Below are positions 19,153 to 29,709 of a stretch of 64,000 bases of DNA, one piece after another. The translations under genes and the position numbers were made by a program. Under the pieces are notes generated by a model that saw nothing but the letters and a program-made list of their open reading frames with translations, was not told where the DNA came from and did not search any database. Origin of the DNA: Candidatus Latescibacterota bacterium (GTDB lineage: Bacteria > Latescibacterota > UBA2968); the NCBI GenBank assembly GCA_965222605.1, contig OZ244960.1, positions 2,560,001-2,624,000 on the forward strand, given 5' to 3'. The first letter of the stretch is position 1, and each line of letters begins with the position of its first letter.

Positions 19153-19643
19153 GAAAATACCCCGTACTCAATTCGTCCCAGAAGGTCTTCAACTTCTCGA
19201 GCACCTGGTTCTGTATCTGCATAATCCAGTGGAGAAACACAGCCAAGAGCAGTTAATGGCGTTGCAAACCATTGACGAGCAACTTCCTGTCCTCCCAGAA
19301 CCTCTACAGCCCGATCATACAGCATACCAATACGCAGCAGTCGTTCCGATTCATCGATATGCAACCGTCCTTCTTTTTTTCGAAGTGTCAGTGTCTGTAC
19401 CGCAATTTTAGTTACAGAAGCCAGAGCTTGTTCCGAAATGCCCATAGCATTTTTCAGTGAGTCAAATGTCGCTACTGGCAATCCTTTTTTTATTGCTGCA
19501 ATCATTTCAGATCGATTTTGAAAACGCCACCCCGCCGGTGTCGCATAAGTCGTGGTCTGCCCTTCTGCGATAACCGAAGCACCATCTGCTGTTCGAAATC
19601 CCGTTGATGTCCACCTCCAGACTTTCAATTGTTGAGTTTTCAT
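19149..19643 (-). CDS. Xre/MbcA/ParS-type antitoxin (DUF2384)
   Basis: ESERLLRI...ARQWF.TP..ALG..SPLD..DTEPGAREVEDLLGRIEYGVFS. ATGA overlap with the RES gene. Confidence 0.9.
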   Translation of the reverse strand: MKTQQLKVWRWTSTGFRTADGASVIAEGQTTTYATPAGWRFQNRSEMIAAIKKGLPVATFDSLKNAMGISEQALASVTKIAVQTLTLRKKEGRLHIDESERLLRIGMLYDRAVEVLGGQEVARQWFATPLTALGCVSPLDYADTEPGAREVEDLLGRIEYGVFS

Positions 19644-19691
19644 ATATCCTCCTTTGTCTTATGTCTGAGAAGTATGCACCTCAAATATAGT

Positions 19692-19868
19692 ATGGATAAT
19701 TTTATGCAAAAGTACATTTATTGGCAAGATGATCTGATGTTTCTCGGATACCTTGAAGACTATCCCGACTACTGGACGCAAGGCGAAACCATAGAAGAAT
19801 TAAAAGAAAATCTGGTCGATATATATAAAGAACTTACGGGTGGTACCTTGTCCGCTGTATCACCGTGA
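19692..19868 (+). CDS. Short HicB-like antitoxin (orphan)
   Basis: YWQDD.MFLGYLEDYPDYWTQGETIEELKENLVDIY. No hicA follows. Confidence 0.7.
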   Translation: MDNFMQKYIYWQDDLMFLGYLEDYPDYWTQGETIEELKENLVDIYKELTGGTLSAVSP

Positions 19869-19875
19869 TCCGTAT

Positions 19876-20703
19876 TCATTCAAATTCTCTCGCTGCCCAA
19901 TCAGCAGCATCCTGTACCACTTCCTCTAACAGTTTACGGCTTCGTGCCAGGTGGCCCTTTTGCGCCCGCATAGTCGGTTGCCTGGCATCCTGATAGCGCC
20001 AATCGCAACTCCACCGAATCGCGTTTGATGTATTTGGCAGCCCGCGGTGAAACAGAAGATTGTGGAACAAAACCACATCTCCCGGATCCAGTTCAATTGG
20101 CACGGCTTCACCAGCATAGCGATTCAAGTGACTCTCGGAAATCTCCAGATAGTATTCTCGTTTCTCATGCGGAACCACGCCCAGGCGATGCGTACCCGGG
20201 ACAAATTCCATACACCCATTTTTAACCCGAACCGGCACCAGAGGTGCCCAGACATTGATCATCTTCAGATCTTTAACACCCATACCGCCACCCGCGGTAT
20301 AACCCCCATCTTGATGCCACAAAACCTCCGTACCTTTCCATTCGGGAAATTTTGGTCGCACAGTGTAATTTGGATACAGCCGAATTTCCCACCCTAAAAA
20401 CAACTCGACAACGTCCAGAAGGCGTGGATAAAAAAACAGCCCGAACATCCCGGGCAAATGCAACTCGCTGCGAAACGATTTGGGCGCATCATCCATATTA
20501 TCTTCAAAGAACCGAAAAAATCGCGTCTCAAACGGCTCAAACGCAAACCGATCCTGTATTTTCTTATTCGCAAAAAGAACATCAGCCGTTTGATTGACCA
20601 GCAATTCTAATTCAGATCGAACCCCATCGAGCACATCAAACTCAAAGATACCCTTGAGTATCACATAACCCTGAGCTTCAAATTGTTCCTGTAATGCGCG
20701 CAT
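19876..20703 (-). CDS. PhyH-family dioxygenase with canonical HxD
   Basis: FEAQGYVIL, LWHQDGGY, NGCMEFVPGTH, LFHRG, IRWSCDWRY. Start taken at MRALQEQ. Confidence 0.85.
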   Translation of the reverse strand: MRALQEQFEAQGYVILKGIFEFDVLDGVRSELELLVNQTADVLFANKKIQDRFAFEPFETRFFRFFEDNMDDAPKSFRSELHLPGMFGLFFYPRLLDVVELFLGWEIRLYPNYTVRPKFPEWKGTEVLWHQDGGYTAGGGMGVKDLKMINVWAPLVPVRVKNGCMEFVPGTHRLGVVPHEKREYYLEISESHLNRYAGEAVPIELDPGDVVLFHNLLFHRGLPNTSNAIRWSCDWRYQDARQPTMRAQKGHLARSRKLLEEVVQDAADWAAREFE

Positions 20704-20913
20704 GTCAACCGTGCAGTCAAGGGTCCAATATGCTTTGTGGAAATCAACGAGCATGTAGTCCGGATTGTAGAGATCAAAGAGAGTGGCGTTGGAATATGCG
20801 GTGGAGGAGAGCGACAAGGACAGAGGAGAAATTTCAATAGGTATCAGAACGGTATTACAATGACCTAATAGAGGTTTGTCACTCGCAGAGATAGATAAAC
20901 TGACGCAACTTTC

Positions 20914-21042
20914 TCATCTGTTTCTCTTTCTTTTTAGATAGTCATTGTAGTAACGCCGCCGAGTCTCAATGATCGTGCGAATCGCCACATATAACGTGAT
21001 CAGAGCCAAAAGTATTGTAACTGCGAGAAGAATGCTATTCAT
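20914..21042 (-). CDS. 42-aa single-TM small protein (absent from the ORF track)
   Basis: GAGGAG RBS, then MNSILLAVTILLALITLYVAIRTIIETRRRYYNDYLKRKRNR*. Confidence 0.55.
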   Translation of the reverse strand: MNSILLAVTILLALITLYVAIRTIIETRRRYYNDYLKRKRNR

Positions 21043-21046
21043 AACG

Positions 21047-21274
21047 TCACTCCTCTGATGTCTGGGCAACCGCTATTCGGTTCCAGATTGCATAGCTATA
21101 TGCGACAGAGCCCAAAGAGAGAGCAAGGTTTGCTCCCAGAACGTAGTTACGTTCAAAAACACCCTCCCGAAGCTCTTGAAAGCATGTAATTGCAAATAGA
21201 GCAGCAAATATCACGATCAAGAGTAATGAAAAACCTATAAAAGGAATTATAACAGACTTTTTAAACTTAAGCAA
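21047..21274 (-). CDS. Small two-TM hypothetical protein, possibly a fragment
   Basis: Two hydrophobic stretches; AT-rich; start weak. Confidence 0.4.
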   Translation of the reverse strand: MLKFKKSVIIPFIGFSLLLIVIFAALFAITCFQELREGVFERNYVLGANLALSLGSVAYSYAIWNRIAVAQTSEE

Positions 21275-21314
21275 GTCCTGACGATATTTTTTTTCACGTA
21301 AAAATGCTCTGGCC

Positions 21315-21707
21315 CTATTTATTCAGATAAACGGTAATCTCTGCATCATTTTCATCCACGATTGCATTGGCGAATTGGGCGGTCAGGCCAGTGCCAGAAA
21401 TGTTCACCGCCCCATCGTCAGACACCACATCTAATGCATCAAGTCCCGCAATCTCGACAATACTACTACCAATTACCGCTGGATAGCGTCCGTTGTACAC
21501 AAGCACATCGCATTCACCAACTCGCATCTCCTCAAAACCTTCTGGAACCCCCGAATATCGAAAAAGGTAGGTATCGTCACCATCATAAAAAACCAGAGGA
21601 ATCGCGAGCGGATCAAAACCCGGCCACAATTCACCTTGTGCAACCAGTCGCTCAATCTCACGCGCCAAATCTGATATATGTCCCCTATCCTTAAAAACGG
21701 ACATCAA
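21315..21707 (-). CDS. Hypothetical protein, probably an internally deleted remnant
   Basis: ORF with GGGAG RBS; abrupt change of sequence character after VEIAG. Confidence 0.5.
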   Translation of the reverse strand: MMSVFKDRGHISDLAREIERLVAQGELWPGFDPLAIPLVFYDGDDTYLFRYSGVPEGFEEMRVGECDVLVYNGRYPAVIGSSIVEIAGLDALDVVSDDGAVNISGTGLTAQFANAIVDENDAEITVYLNK

Positions 21708-21764
21708 ACAGCTACTCCCTTTCCTTTGTGCGTAAGCGTGGCATTCGCGGCAGGGATGCCGCTC

Positions 21765-22148
21765 CTACGGATTATTTTCTCTACTCTCACTACTCCTCGC
21801 CCCCTCATCTGACTGCTGATACGACGCCGTAATCTCGTGATCTACGCCACCGCGAATATTGAAACGGCTAATCACCTCCATCTCAACCGGATCGCACAGA
21901 TCTACCAGATCGTTTAAAATCTGATTCGTCACAGGCTCCATATAAATCCCCTCATTCCGAAACGACCAGAAATAGTGCTTCAGCGACCGCAACTCCACAC
22001 ATCGCGGACCCGGAACATACCAAATCACAATCGTCGCAAAATCCGGCTGTCCCGTCTTGGGACACAGCGACGTAAACTCCGGAAACGTAAACTCAATCGT
22101 ATAACGCCGCTCCGGATTGGGATTATCAAACGCCTCTAACACACTCAT
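21765..22148 (-). CDS. queF: NADPH-dependent preQ0 (nitrile) reductase, unimodular QueF, with catalytic Cys and Asp
   Basis: [33 protein letters not shown], closely matching B. subtilis QueF motifs. Confidence 0.85.
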   Translation of the reverse strand: MSVLEAFDNPNPERRYTIEFTFPEFTSLCPKTGQPDFATIVIWYVPGPRCVELRSLKHYFWSFRNEGIYMEPVTNQILNDLVDLCDPVEMEVISRFNIRGGVDHEITASYQQSDEGARSSESRENNP

Positions 22149-22489
22149 ACCTCATCCTCGCGCTCATACGCCACAGACACGCGCGTCACAATACCCCCCC
22201 GCACCGCAAACTCCCCCGTCACATCTAACGCCACAGGATCGCACGCCCGCACAAAATCATCCACAATCTTATTAACCGCCCCCTCGTAATACACCCTCTC
22301 ATCCCGAAACGCCCCCAAATACCGCTTCAACGACATCTGCTCCACACACATAGCCCGCGGCACATAAGAAAACGAAACCGTCGCAAAAATCGGCTGCCCC
22401 GTCACCGCGTACAACGCCGTAAACTCCGACGTCTCAAATTCAATCGTATAAGCCCGCTCGCGCTCGGGATTTTTAACGCACTCTAACAT
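22145..22489 (-). CDS. QueF paralog lacking the catalytic Cys and Asp
   Basis: [16 protein letters not shown] (C>Y, D>I), [18 protein letters not shown]. Start at MLECVKNP; ATGA overlap with queF. Confidence 0.8.
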   Translation of the reverse strand: MLECVKNPERERAYTIEFETSEFTALYAVTGQPIFATVSFSYVPRAMCVEQMSLKRYLGAFRDERVYYEGAVNKIVDDFVRACDPVALDVTGEFAVRGGIVTRVSVAYEREDEV

Positions 22490-22493
22490 AATA

Positions 22494-23660
22494 TCACTCA
22501 AACGGCACCACACTCGCGCCCACCGGATCGGGATTCGTAGGCCGAATTGGCATCTCCTCATAAGACTGATAAGCCACATCCAAATGCGGCGTCTCAACCC
22601 GTCTATACCCCTCATACCGCGAATCTATCAACGCCTCCAGCGCACCAGAAATCAACAACGTGCGCTCAACCGGATACTGCGGTCGCCCTGTCAAAAACAT
22701 CTGCTGAATATTCAAACTCAAATAACTAAAATGCGCATGCGGATTATCCGGCAAAAAAACGCGCATATTATCGACCTCACCCCCGCGCCGCGCCGCAAAA
22801 CCCCACCCCCGCGTGTACCCATTCAACATAAACGTCGCCGCCTTCAACCCATCTGCATACTCCAGCAAAAAAACAGCCGGATTCTCGCAATGCTCGCGCA
22901 CATCGCCATCTTCTTTCGCCTCAATATGCTCTACCGCTGCCGCGTACAAATCGCGATCCCACGCATCCGACGCCCAAACATCATCCCCCTCCAAACACTG
23001 CACCGCCGCAATCCCCGTCTCCCCTCCCGCGCGGCGCTCAACCATACACTGCAGCGTCTCCAGCGCGTGAAAACCATAAGAATCCAACCCACCAAAAGCC
23101 ACCGACATCGCCGTCTCAATCTCCGTATCCAAATCATACTCAAGCCACGGCTTGCGCCATGCAAGTGGCAGAGACGATCCCGCCATAAACGGCACCTCCA
23201 GCTCCCGCGCGCGATCGCACATCCACTTCGCATCGTGCCAATTATACGAAAGATGCTTATCGCTAAACACCGGAACAGACCGCCCCGACGACGCGAACAC
23301 CCCGCAAATCTGTTCAAAAAAATACTTGCGCGGATACATATGTTGCTCCTTCTCATTCCAGGGATAATCGCCGTGCTCGCCAATCAGCAACACCCCATCC
23401 ACCGCCAGCTTATCACCACCCAATGTCAAAGCCTGATTAATACTCCCGTACATCGGCACACCGAATTCCTCTGCAATCGCGCACCCGATATCATCTCCGA
23501 AATGCACCTGATCCAGATACATCGACACCACATCCACCTCTGGCGAAAGCAACCCGTCATCGGTTGGAAACCCCTTCAAAAACTTCGTCACAATCACATC
23601 GGCATGTGACCGCGGAAAATACGACGTAATCACCGCTGCAATTTTCTTTCGATCAGCCAT
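22494..23660 (-). CDS. Conserved hypothetical protein (about 388 aa), possibly a degenerate Gfo/Idh/MocA-like fold
   Basis: KIAAVIT...SHADVI, DGVLLIGEHGDYP, VFSDKHLS, MAGSSLP, YGFHALE. GGAGG RBS. Confidence 0.75.
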   Translation of the reverse strand: MADRKKIAAVITSYFPRSHADVIVTKFLKGFPTDDGLLSPEVDVVSMYLDQVHFGDDIGCAIAEEFGVPMYGSINQALTLGGDKLAVDGVLLIGEHGDYPWNEKEQHMYPRKYFFEQICGVFASSGRSVPVFSDKHLSYNWHDAKWMCDRARELEVPFMAGSSLPLAWRKPWLEYDLDTEIETAMSVAFGGLDSYGFHALETLQCMVERRAGGETGIAAVQCLEGDDVWASDAWDRDLYAAAVEHIEAKEDGDVREHCENPAVFLLEYADGLKAATFMLNGYTRGWGFAARRGGEVDNMRVFLPDNPHAHFSYLSLNIQQMFLTGRPQYPVERTLLISGALEALIDSRYEGYRRVETPHLDVAYQSYEEMPIRPTNPDPVGASVVPFE

Positions 23661-23813
23661 GGCTTCTTCCTCCAATTGCGTAATGTCCCGGTATAGTCGT
23701 AAATTATATCACAATTTGAGAAAAACCAATCTAAATATTCTTAATCATCTCATCCAAAATTTGGTATCTTAAAGCGTCCAAAACACACTTTAACCTTTAC
23801 CAGGAGGAATCTC

Positions 23814-24419
23814 TTGACAGAAGTCAAAGCCACCAACATCGTCTGGCACGAAGGCCATGTCACGCGCAAACAGCGCGAAGACCTGCTCGAACAAAAAGGC
23901 ACACTCATCTGGCTCACCGGACTGCCCAGCTCGGGCAAAAGCACAATAGCATTCACCGTAGAACACGCCCTGATCGAACGCGGGCGCATGGCCTACGTAC
24001 TCGACGGCGACAACATCCGCCACGGCCTCAACAAAAACCTCGGCTTCTCAGCCGAAGACCGCGCTGAAAACATCCGCCGCATCGGCGAAGTCGGCAAACT
24101 CTTTGCCGACGCTGGCATCATCACCCTGTCCAGCTTTGTAAGCCCCTATCGCGTTGACCGCGACGGCGTGCGCGAACTCATGGAAGACAAAAACTTCATC
24201 GAAGTATTCATCAACACCCCCCTCGACGTATGTGAAGAACGCGATCCCAAGGGCATGTACAAAAAAGCGCGCACAGGTGAAATACCCAACTTTACAGGCA
24301 TCTCCGACCCTTATGAACCACCAGAAAACCCCGAACTTGTCATACACACCGTTGACAGCACCCCACAAGAGGCCACATTGCAAATCATCTCCCTACTCGA
24401 AGCGCGCGGAAACATATAG
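23814..24419 (+). CDS. cysC: Adenylyl-sulfate kinase
   Basis: WLTGLPSSGKST, LDGDNIRHGL, RDPKGMY, FTGISDPYEPP. TTG start after AGGAGG. Confidence 0.95.
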   Translation: MTEVKATNIVWHEGHVTRKQREDLLEQKGTLIWLTGLPSSGKSTIAFTVEHALIERGRMAYVLDGDNIRHGLNKNLGFSAEDRAENIRRIGEVGKLFADAGIITLSSFVSPYRVDRDGVRELMEDKNFIEVFINTPLDVCEERDPKGMYKKARTGEIPNFTGISDPYEPPENPELVIHTVDSTPQEATLQIISLLEARGNI

Positions 24420-24539
24420 AAATGCCCATCATCGACCTCACCATGCCAATTGCAGACCACTTTCGCTGGCCTGTTGAGCGCAGTCTCAAAAGCAGTTTTG
24501 AAACGGGTGATACATTCCAAACACTCTCGGGAAACCACC

Positions 24540-25904
24540 ATGATCTATCACCAACTCTTTGCCCAAATTGACCGCACCGTACGCGTTGGCGTCATAGGCA
24601 CCGGACAATACGCCACAGCCCTCGTCACACAATCGCGCGTAGTCAATCAACTCGACGTACCCGTCGTCTGCGACACAAATCCAGACGCAGCCCAAAATGC
24701 TTATGATCGCGCGGGACTCGACTCCGACAAAACCATCATCTGCGACACCACCACACAGGCAGCCGAAGCCATAGAACAGGGCAAACACGTCATACTCACC
24801 GACGCCATGCAAATGATGGACCTGCCGCTCGACGTCATAGTCGAATCCACAGGCGTTCCCAGTGCAGGCGCGAAACACGGCATGGAAGCCATACGACACG
24901 GCAAACACGTCGCCATGGTATCCAAAGAAACCGACGTCACCGTCGGACCCATCCTCAAACACCTCGCAGACAAAGCCGGACTCGTCTATACCGCTGTTGA
25001 CGGCGACCAACACGGCCTGCTCATGGGCCTTGTGCAGTGGGCGCGCGGCCTGGGCCTCGAAGTACTCTGCGGAGGCAAATCACTGGACTCCGACCGCGTT
25101 TACGACCCGCAAACCAATGCCATAGTATGGTCCCGGGGCAAAATCCAAATCCCGGACGAACGCGTATTCTCTGCCCAAAATCCCTCTGCTTATATTGCAC
25201 AACGCCGCCAAATCATGGGCGAACTCGGCGCCAGCGCCGGTTACGACGTCACCGAACTGACCATCGCCGCCAATGCCACCGGTCTAATCCCCGATATAGA
25301 CACCCTGCACACACCCGTAGTCCGCACCGTTGAAATACCCGAAGTCCTCGCACCCAAAGAAGACGGCGGCATCTTATCCCATCGCGGCGTCATCGACTGC
25401 GTCTCCTGCCTGCGCCAGGCAAACGAACCCGGCCTCGGCGGCGGCGTCTTCATCGTCGTCGCCTGTGAAAACGACTACTCTCGCCACATCCTCACCACCA
25501 AAGGACTCATCGCCAACAAAAAAGGCACCACAGCCCTCATCTACCGCCCCTATCACCTCTGCGGCGTCGAAACACCCATCACCACACTCGTCGCCGGCCT
25601 CTTAAACCTGCCCACAGGCACCACCGACTACCGCTCGTCCTTTGACGTTGTAGGCCGTGCAAAAGAACACCTCAAAGCCGGCGACCAGATCGGCACGGAC
25701 CACAGCAGAAATATCGAATACCTCATGCGTCCCGCGCTACCCGTCGCGCCCGACAATCCCCTTCCCTTTCACATGGCCAACGGCAATACGCTAAGTCGGG
25801 ACATCCCCGCTGGCGCGTTCATCACTGCAAACGCGATACAATCAAAAGACAACGACCCCCTCTGGACACTTCGCAAAGAACAGGACGCCCATTTTCTTCG
25901 GTAA
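24540..25904 (+). CDS. NAD(P)-dependent oxidoreductase with C-terminal SAF domain (homoserine dehydrogenase-like)
   Basis: VGVIGTGQY, KETDVTVGPIL, DGDQHG, YRPYHLCGVE, AKEHLKAGD. Confidence 0.8.
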   Translation: MIYHQLFAQIDRTVRVGVIGTGQYATALVTQSRVVNQLDVPVVCDTNPDAAQNAYDRAGLDSDKTIICDTTTQAAEAIEQGKHVILTDAMQMMDLPLDVIVESTGVPSAGAKHGMEAIRHGKHVAMVSKETDVTVGPILKHLADKAGLVYTAVDGDQHGLLMGLVQWARGLGLEVLCGGKSLDSDRVYDPQTNAIVWSRGKIQIPDERVFSAQNPSAYIAQRRQIMGELGASAGYDVTELTIAANATGLIPDIDTLHTPVVRTVEIPEVLAPKEDGGILSHRGVIDCVSCLRQANEPGLGGGVFIVVACENDYSRHILTTKGLIANKKGTTALIYRPYHLCGVETPITTLVAGLLNLPTGTTDYRSSFDVVGRAKEHLKAGDQIGTDHSRNIEYLMRPALPVAPDNPLPFHMANGNTLSRDIPAGAFITANAIQSKDNDPLWTLRKEQDAHFLR

Positions 25905-25927
25905 TCTCGCCCTACGTTATAAAAAAT

Positions 25928-25966
25928 AAAAACCGGATACATCACAAAGATGTACCCGGTTTTTTT
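25928..25966. terminator. Bidirectional intrinsic terminator
   Basis: AAAAACCGGATACATC-n-GATGTACCCGGTTTTTTT between convergent genes. Confidence 0.8.
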
Positions 25967-25985
25967 CTGACATCATCGGATCTAT

Positions 25986-26558
25986 TCACCAAATTTCATC
26001 CAGATCCAGTTCAAATCCTCGCAAGACAGGATCTCCAGAAATGCGCGAGGGCTTCTCCAATTCTTCTATGGACAATCCAGAGCGATACACATAAACGCGC
26101 TGTGTATAGGGACCAATCAACCAACCCAAACCAAGGCCATTATCGAGATACTCCTGCATCTTTTCCTGCAATGGACTCAACGGATCACTTTCCGAACGCA
26201 ATTCAATGACAAAATCGGGACATAATGGGATAAACTTGCGTCGGTCTTCTAAAGACAATGCGTTGAGCCGCGTATGTTCAATCCATGCGGCATCGGGCGA
26301 CCGCACTGCCCCATTGGGCAACCGAAACCCACCTGACGAATCAAAATTCGCACCCGTACCATTCCTTTTTGCCCAAATTCGCAGCTGCATGGTAATCTCT
26401 GCATTGCGCTCGCTCGTCTCACCGCCTGCTGGTGGCATAACAATTACATCCCCCTGAGCATTGCGCTCAATACAAATATCGCGGTTGAGTTGACAGAACG
26501 CATAAAATTTCTCATCGCTCACGTCAAGCACCGGCTGAAAATGCAAGACAGTTTCCAT
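25986..26558 (-). CDS. Uma2-family (DUF820) endonuclease-like protein
   Basis: FDSSGGFRLPNGAVRSPDAAW, LCPDFVIELRSESD, KMQEYLDNG..LGWLI. Confidence 0.9.
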   Translation of the reverse strand: METVLHFQPVLDVSDEKFYAFCQLNRDICIERNAQGDVIVMPPAGGETSERNAEITMQLRIWAKRNGTGANFDSSGGFRLPNGAVRSPDAAWIEHTRLNALSLEDRRKFIPLCPDFVIELRSESDPLSPLQEKMQEYLDNGLGLGWLIGPYTQRVYVYRSGLSIEELEKPSRISGDPVLRGFELDLDEIW

Positions 26559-26583
26559 ATCCACGATCTCCATGCCATCTATG

Positions 26584-29265
26584 CTAATCATCCTTCAAAA
26601 AATTCCGCAACACCGTATGCAAAATCCCGCCATTGCGATAATAATCGATCTCTACCGGCGTATCGATACGCACCGTCGCAGAAAACGACCTCACATTCCC
26701 ATCCTCATCCGTCGCCGTCACCGTCACATCTTGCAAAGGCTGCAAATCATCGCTCAGACCGGTAATATCATATACCTCCTTACCGCTCAGACCCAACGAC
26801 TCGGCATTCTCTCCATCCACAAACTCCAAAGGCAACACCCCCATACCCACCAGATTGCTGCGGTGAATGCGTTCAAAACTCTCCACAAGCACTGCGCGCA
26901 CACCCAGAAGTAACGGACCTTTTGCCGCCCAATCGCGCGACGACCCCGAACCGTACTCCACGCCCGCAATCACAATCGACGGCACACCCTCATCCACATA
27001 CCGCATCGCCGCATCGTAAATACTCTGAAGCTCACCCGAAGGCAGATGCACCGTCACACCGCCCTCTGTCCCTGGCGCGAGCAAATTGCGAATGCGAATA
27101 TTCGCAAAAGTCCCCCGCATCAGCACCTCGTGACTGCCCCGCCGCGAACCATAAGAATTGAAATCTTTCGGCTCAACCCCTCGAGAAATCAAATACTGCC
27201 CCGCCGGACTATCCACCGCAATCGAACCCGCCGGAGAAATATGATCCGTCGTCACCGAATCGCCCAACTTCGCCAGCACCCGCGCACCTGTAATATCCGA
27301 AATCGCGTCTAACTCAGGCGACAAATCCACAAAAAACGGAGGCTCCTGCACATAAGTACTCTCCGCCTGCCACGCATAGAGATCTCCCTCTTGCCCGCCA
27401 ACCGCATTCCACATCTCATTGCCTTCAAACACATTGCCATAACGCGCTTCAAACATATCCGGCTTGAGCGTCTGTGCAACCGTATCGACAATCTCATCCT
27501 GACTCGGCCAAATATCGCTCAAAAAAACCGCAATGCCATCCCCATCCACCCCCAGCGGCTCCGCAGTCAAATCCAAATCCACACGCCCCGCCAGCGCATA
27601 AGCCACAACCAGCGGCGGCGAAGCCAGATAATTCGCCTTCACATGCGGATGCACGCGACCTTCAAAATTGCGATTGCCACTCAACACCGACGCCGCCACC
27701 AAATCGCCCTCGTTAATCGCGGCAACCACCGGATCGGGCAACGGCCCGCTATTGCCAATACACGTCGTACAGCCATAACCCACCGTGTGAAAACCGAGCG
27801 CCTCCAAATACGGCGTCAAACCCGCCTCATCGAGATAATCCGACACCACGCGCGATCCGGGAGCGAGACTCGTCTTGACATGTGCGTGAACGCTCAACCC
27901 CTTTTCCACCGCCTTCTTCGCCAACAAACCAGCAGCCACCATCACAGAAGGATTGCTCGTATTGGTACAACTCGTAATCGCCGCAATCACCACCGCCCCG
28001 TGCCCGAGCACGCCATTCATCCTCTTTTGAACCTCATCATCATCCAGCCCAAAACCACTATTGCCCACCGGTGCGCGCAACGCGCCTTCAAACGCACCCT
28101 TCATTTGCCCCAGCGCAATGCGATCCTGCGGGCGTTTTGGACCCGCCAAACTCGGCTCCACCGTACTCAAATCCAGCGCAAGCGTATCTGTAAACCGCGG
28201 CTGGGGTGTATCATCTGTTCGGAACAAACCCTGTTCCTTCGTGTAGCGCTCAACCACATCCACCTCTTCCGCCGTGCGTCCAGTACGCGCCAAATAACGC
28301 AACGTCTCATCATCCACCGGGAAAAACCCCATCGTCGCCCCATATTCCGGCGCCATATTTGCAATCGTCGCGCGATCCGCCAGCCCAATACCCGTCAATC
28401 CCGTGCCGTAAAACTCGACAAACTTATCTACCACGCCCTTCTCGCGCAACATCTGAACCACCGTCAACGTCAAATCCGTCGCCGTCGTACCCTCGGGCAA
28501 TTGCCCATCCAATTTGAACCCGACAACCTCGGGCGTCAGCATATAAATCGGCTGCCCCAGCATCACCGCCTCTCCCTCAATACCCCCCACACCCCAACCC
28601 ACCACACCCAGGCCATTGATCATCGTCGTATGTGAATCTGCCCCCACCAGACTATCGGGAAAAGCCACGCCATCGCGGGCAATAACCCCCTTCGCCAAAT
28701 ACTCGAGATTGACCTGATGCACAATACCCGTCATCGGCGGCACCACCCTGAAACTCTCAAACGCATTGGCACCCCAGCGCAAAAACTCGTAGCGCTCACG
28801 ATTGCGCTCAAACTCGATCTCTCCATTTCTCCGCAACGCATCCGAATTTGCAAAACTATCGACCTGCACCGAATGATCCACAACCAGATCCACCGGAATC
28901 AACGGCTCAACCCGATCTGGATCACCTCCCATACGCCCCATTGCCGAACGCAACGCCGCCAAATCCACCAGCGAAGGCACACCCGTAAAATCTTGCAACA
29001 CCACCCGCGCGGGCTTAAACGGTATCTCTATGGGATTGGGATCAGCCGCATTCCAATTCGCCAGCGTCCCGACATCTTCTTCGCGCACCTGATACCCATC
29101 CAGATTTCGCAGCGCCGCCTCGAGCAACACGCGCACAGAAAACGGCAAACTCGACACAGACCCAACACCATCCACCTCCAGCCTATCCAGCCGAAAAATT
29201 GCGAGATCACCCGCCATTGTAGAAAGTGTATCGCGCGTATTCAAAGGATTATGCGTATTACTCAT
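26584..29265 (-). CDS. acnA: Aconitate hydratase A
   Basis: [59 protein letters not shown]. Confidence 0.97.
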   Translation of the reverse strand: MSNTHNPLNTRDTLSTMAGDLAIFRLDRLEVDGVGSVSSLPFSVRVLLEAALRNLDGYQVREEDVGTLANWNAADPNPIEIPFKPARVVLQDFTGVPSLVDLAALRSAMGRMGGDPDRVEPLIPVDLVVDHSVQVDSFANSDALRRNGEIEFERNRERYEFLRWGANAFESFRVVPPMTGIVHQVNLEYLAKGVIARDGVAFPDSLVGADSHTTMINGLGVVGWGVGGIEGEAVMLGQPIYMLTPEVVGFKLDGQLPEGTTATDLTLTVVQMLREKGVVDKFVEFYGTGLTGIGLADRATIANMAPEYGATMGFFPVDDETLRYLARTGRTAEEVDVVERYTKEQGLFRTDDTPQPRFTDTLALDLSTVEPSLAGPKRPQDRIALGQMKGAFEGALRAPVGNSGFGLDDDEVQKRMNGVLGHGAVVIAAITSCTNTSNPSVMVAAGLLAKKAVEKGLSVHAHVKTSLAPGSRVVSDYLDEAGLTPYLEALGFHTVGYGCTTCIGNSGPLPDPVVAAINEGDLVAASVLSGNRNFEGRVHPHVKANYLASPPLVVAYALAGRVDLDLTAEPLGVDGDGIAVFLSDIWPSQDEIVDTVAQTLKPDMFEARYGNVFEGNEMWNAVGGQEGDLYAWQAESTYVQEPPFFVDLSPELDAISDITGARVLAKLGDSVTTDHISPAGSIAVDSPAGQYLISRGVEPKDFNSYGSRRGSHEVLMRGTFANIRIRNLLAPGTEGGVTVHLPSGELQSIYDAAMRYVDEGVPSIVIAGVEYGSGSSRDWAAKGPLLLGVRAVLVESFERIHRSNLVGMGVLPLEFVDGENAESLGLSGKEVYDITGLSDDLQPLQDVTVTATDEDGNVRSFSATVRIDTPVEIDYYRNGGILHTVLRNFLKDD

Positions 29266-29289
29266 AAACAAGTCCTTCTCTAAAAGGTT

Positions 29290-29520
29290 TTAAGCTACTT
29301 TCTCAGGAAAATGGTACAAAGGTACTGAATGGACAGGAGTACCTGTTGCGACGCGCTCAATCTCACGGGCAGTCTCTTCGGTAATGATCCTGTCGCCACA
29401 CACATCGCAAACCAGTGCCGGAACACCTTCGATTACGACCACCTGGCCGTCGCGGCGAGAACTAAACACGACGTGTTTGTTCAGGTATTGACCCTCATGA
29501 CAGAGCGTACATTTGTTCAT
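29290..29520 (-). CDS. YgiT/MqsA-type zinc-finger antitoxin-like protein
   Basis: CTLC...VVIEGVPALVCDVCGD. Only a short C-terminal stub of an upstream partner (..TPVTRGKRGEE*) remains. Confidence 0.8.
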   Translation of the reverse strand: MNKCTLCHEGQYLNKHVVFSSRRDGQVVVIEGVPALVCDVCGDRIITEETAREIERVATGTPVHSVPLYHFPEKVA

Positions 29521-29709
29521 TCTTCACCTCTCTTACCCCGCGTAACAGGTGTAGTCCAGAGGTAAAAAATACCACAATAATTCATATTTTCAAACTCTTT
29601 TTGTACGCTATTGCATGGGATTCGCACTTGATTATTACAAGGAGAACGTATACTTTCTATCGCTGAAGTAGACCAAGAGCCTTTTTTGGACAACAGAGAA
29701 AAATCGAAA

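Noticed and set aside
20704-20917. N-terminal extension of the PhyH at 19876 to TTG 20817
   Set aside because: PhyH similarity begins at MRALQEQ; the upstream sequence looks like a remnant of another gene that I cannot identify.
21765-22489. QueF-L amidinotransferase or a dpd DNA-modification cluster
   Set aside because: Both proteins follow the QueF reductase pattern, and no dpdA, tgt, queC, queD or queE gene is in the window.
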